A stretch of 63,386 nt of DNA, filler included, from Basidiobolus ranarum (lineage: Eukaryota), in assembly GCA_040143965.1 (NCBI GenBank). It is 46 parts of 46 records of this genome, joined end to end, with 100 filler letters (N's around TTAATTAATTAA, not from the genome) between each part and the next. Parts side by side here need not be neighbours in the genome. Positions count along the whole stretch, not along the records: positions 60,738 to 62,012 come from JASJQH010005729.1; positions 62,113 to 63,386 come from JASJQH010005730.1; 44 more parts are not named here. One strand, written 5' to 3'. Shown one piece after another: positions 60,738 through 63,386 of this stretch; within the stretch, counting starts at the first letter, position 1, and each line of letters begins with the position of its first letter. The translations under genes were made by a program, and so were the position numbers. Under the pieces are notes generated by a model. That model did not search any database and had not been told where the DNA came from. It worked only from the letters and a program-made list of their open reading frames with translations.

Positions 60738-62012
60738 GTGCATATGTAGAGACTAAACACAACAAGATCCTTGTATTTTTTGATTCTCATTATGGCTCAA
60801 ATACAAAGCCTAAAATATGTAAATAAAGGCCTTCATATTAATTCAAATCCTTACAGCAGTAAACCTAGAAATTTACCATTTAAAAATTATATTTTGCAAA
60901 ATTGCCAGATATTGAATAACACATGCCAAATTTGAGGATCAATATTTTAACATGTATGAATACCATCAAAATACCATCAAGAAACCCCCATCACACCATC
61001 AAAATCCCTAGCAGAATGCAAGCCACCAATATTGTGATGGTTCTCTGACAGTTTTGCTCTTTTGGAGGGTGGATCCAATCCGGATCAAATTGATTTTATT
61101 TTTGTCAGGGCCCATTAGATAACCATTCAAATTTCCCAATCAAAGGCTTCAAGAAGCTATTTATAGGCACTGGTGATTTAGGTCCAGATATGATGGATGG
61201 TATCAAGATATTACAACTCTTATACTGTTCAGAAGGAGGATGAGTTAAGTTAATCCAAATTTTTGGCCAGTAAGCCTTTCCAACAGTATATTTGTCAAGT
61301 GAGAAACCATCCAGAGCCAATGCAAATGCATGAGCATACATGTTCTTGAAGAAACCTGGACTTTTCAGATTCTGGTAGTGCTATCCATCAAGTATATTGG
61401 TAATATAATCAGCTTTAGAGTGAGTACTTTGATCTTGGATCAAACATCTATATTTGGGTGATTTCATCAAAACTTTAAGATGGGGAATCAATTGTATGTA
61501 AGCCAAATACAAACAATATTTACCTGATTCAGTGATTGCCAATTGTGTGCAAACAGCACTTGACTTCAGATTTTTTAGATCACTAGAGAAAGCCAAACCA
61601 CCATTTGGACATGAAGGTAGTTTGATTACGAAAGGATTGTAAGTTGTATGATTGACAAGTGTTCCCCACTTGTACCAGGTCTGTGGCAAGCAACAGTTGC
61701 CAATCAACTGTGGTAAAAGTGCAAGAAAACTGATAAACACCTGGTTGCTAAGATTAGATTGAACTCTCCACTCTTCAATAATCAAAGCTGCTTCATTTAC
61801 AGTAGGTGTTATGAGTGGACTAATGCTTGCCAATAACAAAGAGTTTGTAATTAAACCTTCATCTTCTTCTTAAACTTCTGATATACTACCATCAGTACTG
61901 GAATAACCAAGGTCAACATCTAGCAGCATGTCCTCAAAGTTGTCTGGACTTACTGGTTCAACTAAGTTTGCATTTCTATCTACATTGTTCTGGTCATTTA
62001 ACTGTGGTAACT
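60738..62012. mobile_element. CACTA right end (+, to 61110) abutting inverted CACTA Tnp2 N-terminal half (-)
   Basis: ALALDGFS..WPKIWINL..PP..ISGPKSP..FLKPL. Confidence 0.88.
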
Positions 62013-62112
62013 NNNNNNNNNNNNNNNNNNNNNNNNNNNNNNNNNNNNNNNNNNNNTTAATTAATTAANNNNNNNNNNNNNNNNNNNNNNNNNNNNNNNN
62101 NNNNNNNNNNNN

Positions 62113-63386
62113 TTACTAACTTCCTGCTCCTTCAGTACTTCTTTAGCTGCTTTTCTTTCTTTTCCAAGTCGATAATTGCGTACATTTTTGAGATGTTTCA
62201 TGAATAGGCCTATACTAGCCCAATTGCCATTTGCTTGCAAAAACCCAGGATAAGCCACATGAAATAAGTCAAGAACCTTCAGAGTAACGCCTGCTTTTTG
62301 GTTTTTCCACAATTGGCACAAATCCTGGTGATTTTGGGAAAGATTCCACACAGTTTCCAAAATGTTAAACCACTCATCATCAGAGCAAGTAATGGCAGCT
62401 CTGACATTCAGAGTTTTTGGGTGTGCCAGTTTTCCTGTGAGATTTCTACTTTCATGTGCCCAAGCAATTTCAGGTTGGTGTGTAGGTTTAATGGTCCAAC
62501 ACATATTCTGTTCTGCTAGATTGTCACAGTGACGTTCATATGTATGGTGTGGGAATGATTGAAATCATGTATGAGAATGGACACAGGGAGCAGCATAGTG
62601 CTGTAGCTCAAGTGCAGCATTTTAAAGGTCTTGTATCATTGTTGAGTGACTCTCTAATTGTTGAGTAATTGCTCCTGAATGCTGCATTAATTGCAATATT
62701 GAAGCATTAATACTTATCATGGCCTGTATAGCAACTTTGTAGTTTTTACTTATGATTGCATACAAATTATTATGGTGATCAGCCCACAATTCCTTTGTTG
62801 TAATATCTCTATCCAAAATTTCTGCAGAGGGTTGTATAATAGTGGGCAAAGTAGCCGTATTGGAAGTTGAGAGTCTTGATGGTGCTCTGGTTGAACTTTG
62901 CTCAACTATTGATTTACTATGTAATTGGGGGATAACACTCTTTTTACTTGCTGTACTGCAGGAAAGGAGTACACCTGATATATTGATTAATGCTTCATCA
63001 TTACCTGAGTTAGTTTCCAGCATGTTAATGCCTTTTAAGTATTGGCAACATTGGGAATTTTTTGTGGATATTGTTAACATTTTCTTATGGCATCAACTCA
63101 CATTGGCAGTTCTTAGGCAGATACAGCAACTGCACAAAGATTTTTTAAGTGGATGTGAAAAATTTTATTACAGGTTTAAAGAAGATAGATTGAATCTATG
63201 CTGGTATTAAACACATTCCTAATGCATCTTTCACAATGCTTAGAGACTATAGGCCCTTGCTATTGGAAAGGAATACATCTGGTAAGTTGCTTAATGCTTT
63301 GTCTTTACTTGAGTTAGTTTTCAGCATGGTAATGCCTTCCAAAGCACATAGTGGATTGCTAGACTGCTCATCAATTAAGTTCTCTG
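62113..63386 (-). pseudogene. CACTA ORF2 with an inverted Tnp2 fragment (about 63036-63260) inside
   Basis: ORFs 62061-62504 and 62622-63080; inserted piece overlaps 56612-56735. Confidence 0.75.

Noticed and set aside
1286-62112. Regularly spaced TTAATTAATTAA repeats resembling a CRISPR-like or periodic array
   Set aside because: Always centred in 88 Ns between length-sorted contigs; an artificial six-frame-stop linker.
1-63386. A gene cluster or system formed by the kinase, secreted proteins and transposases
   Set aside because: They lie on separate contigs ordered only by length, so there is no evidence of linkage.

Overview
This is not contiguous DNA. It is 46 short assembly contigs (1285 down to 1274 bp, sorted by length) joined by an artificial 100-bp linker (N44-TTAATTAATTAA-N44, stops in all six frames), so adjacency across linkers means nothing. 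The source is a eukaryote, most likely a fungus: it has GT-AG introns with CTAAC-type branch sites, a fungal-type 28S rRNA fragment, and retrotransposon primer sites matching the fungal initiator-tRNA anticodon arm. An early-diverging lineage is plausible but is inference. About 40 contigs are decayed, nested transposons: several Ty1/copia families (LTR-A, -B, -E; LTR-D is unassigned), two Ty3/gypsy families (LTR-C), a LINE RT fragment, an abundant CACTA/EnSpm element with CCCTAACA ends and an unannotated divergent second ORF, and a small multicopy IS5/ISL2-like (PHIS-type) DDE element with AGACTTGTTCCATT ends. Repeats are strongly CpG-depleted while host genes are not. Host sequence includes an intron-containing hybrid histidine kinase fragment, three intronless low-complexity secreted proteins, a 28S fragment fused to LTR DNA, and a few weak gene remnants. 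Best leads: the bacterial-IS-like transposon moving within fungal repeats, the CACTA accessory ORF, a copia family with fixed TG...TA ends and half-tRNA priming, and the modular secreted proteins.
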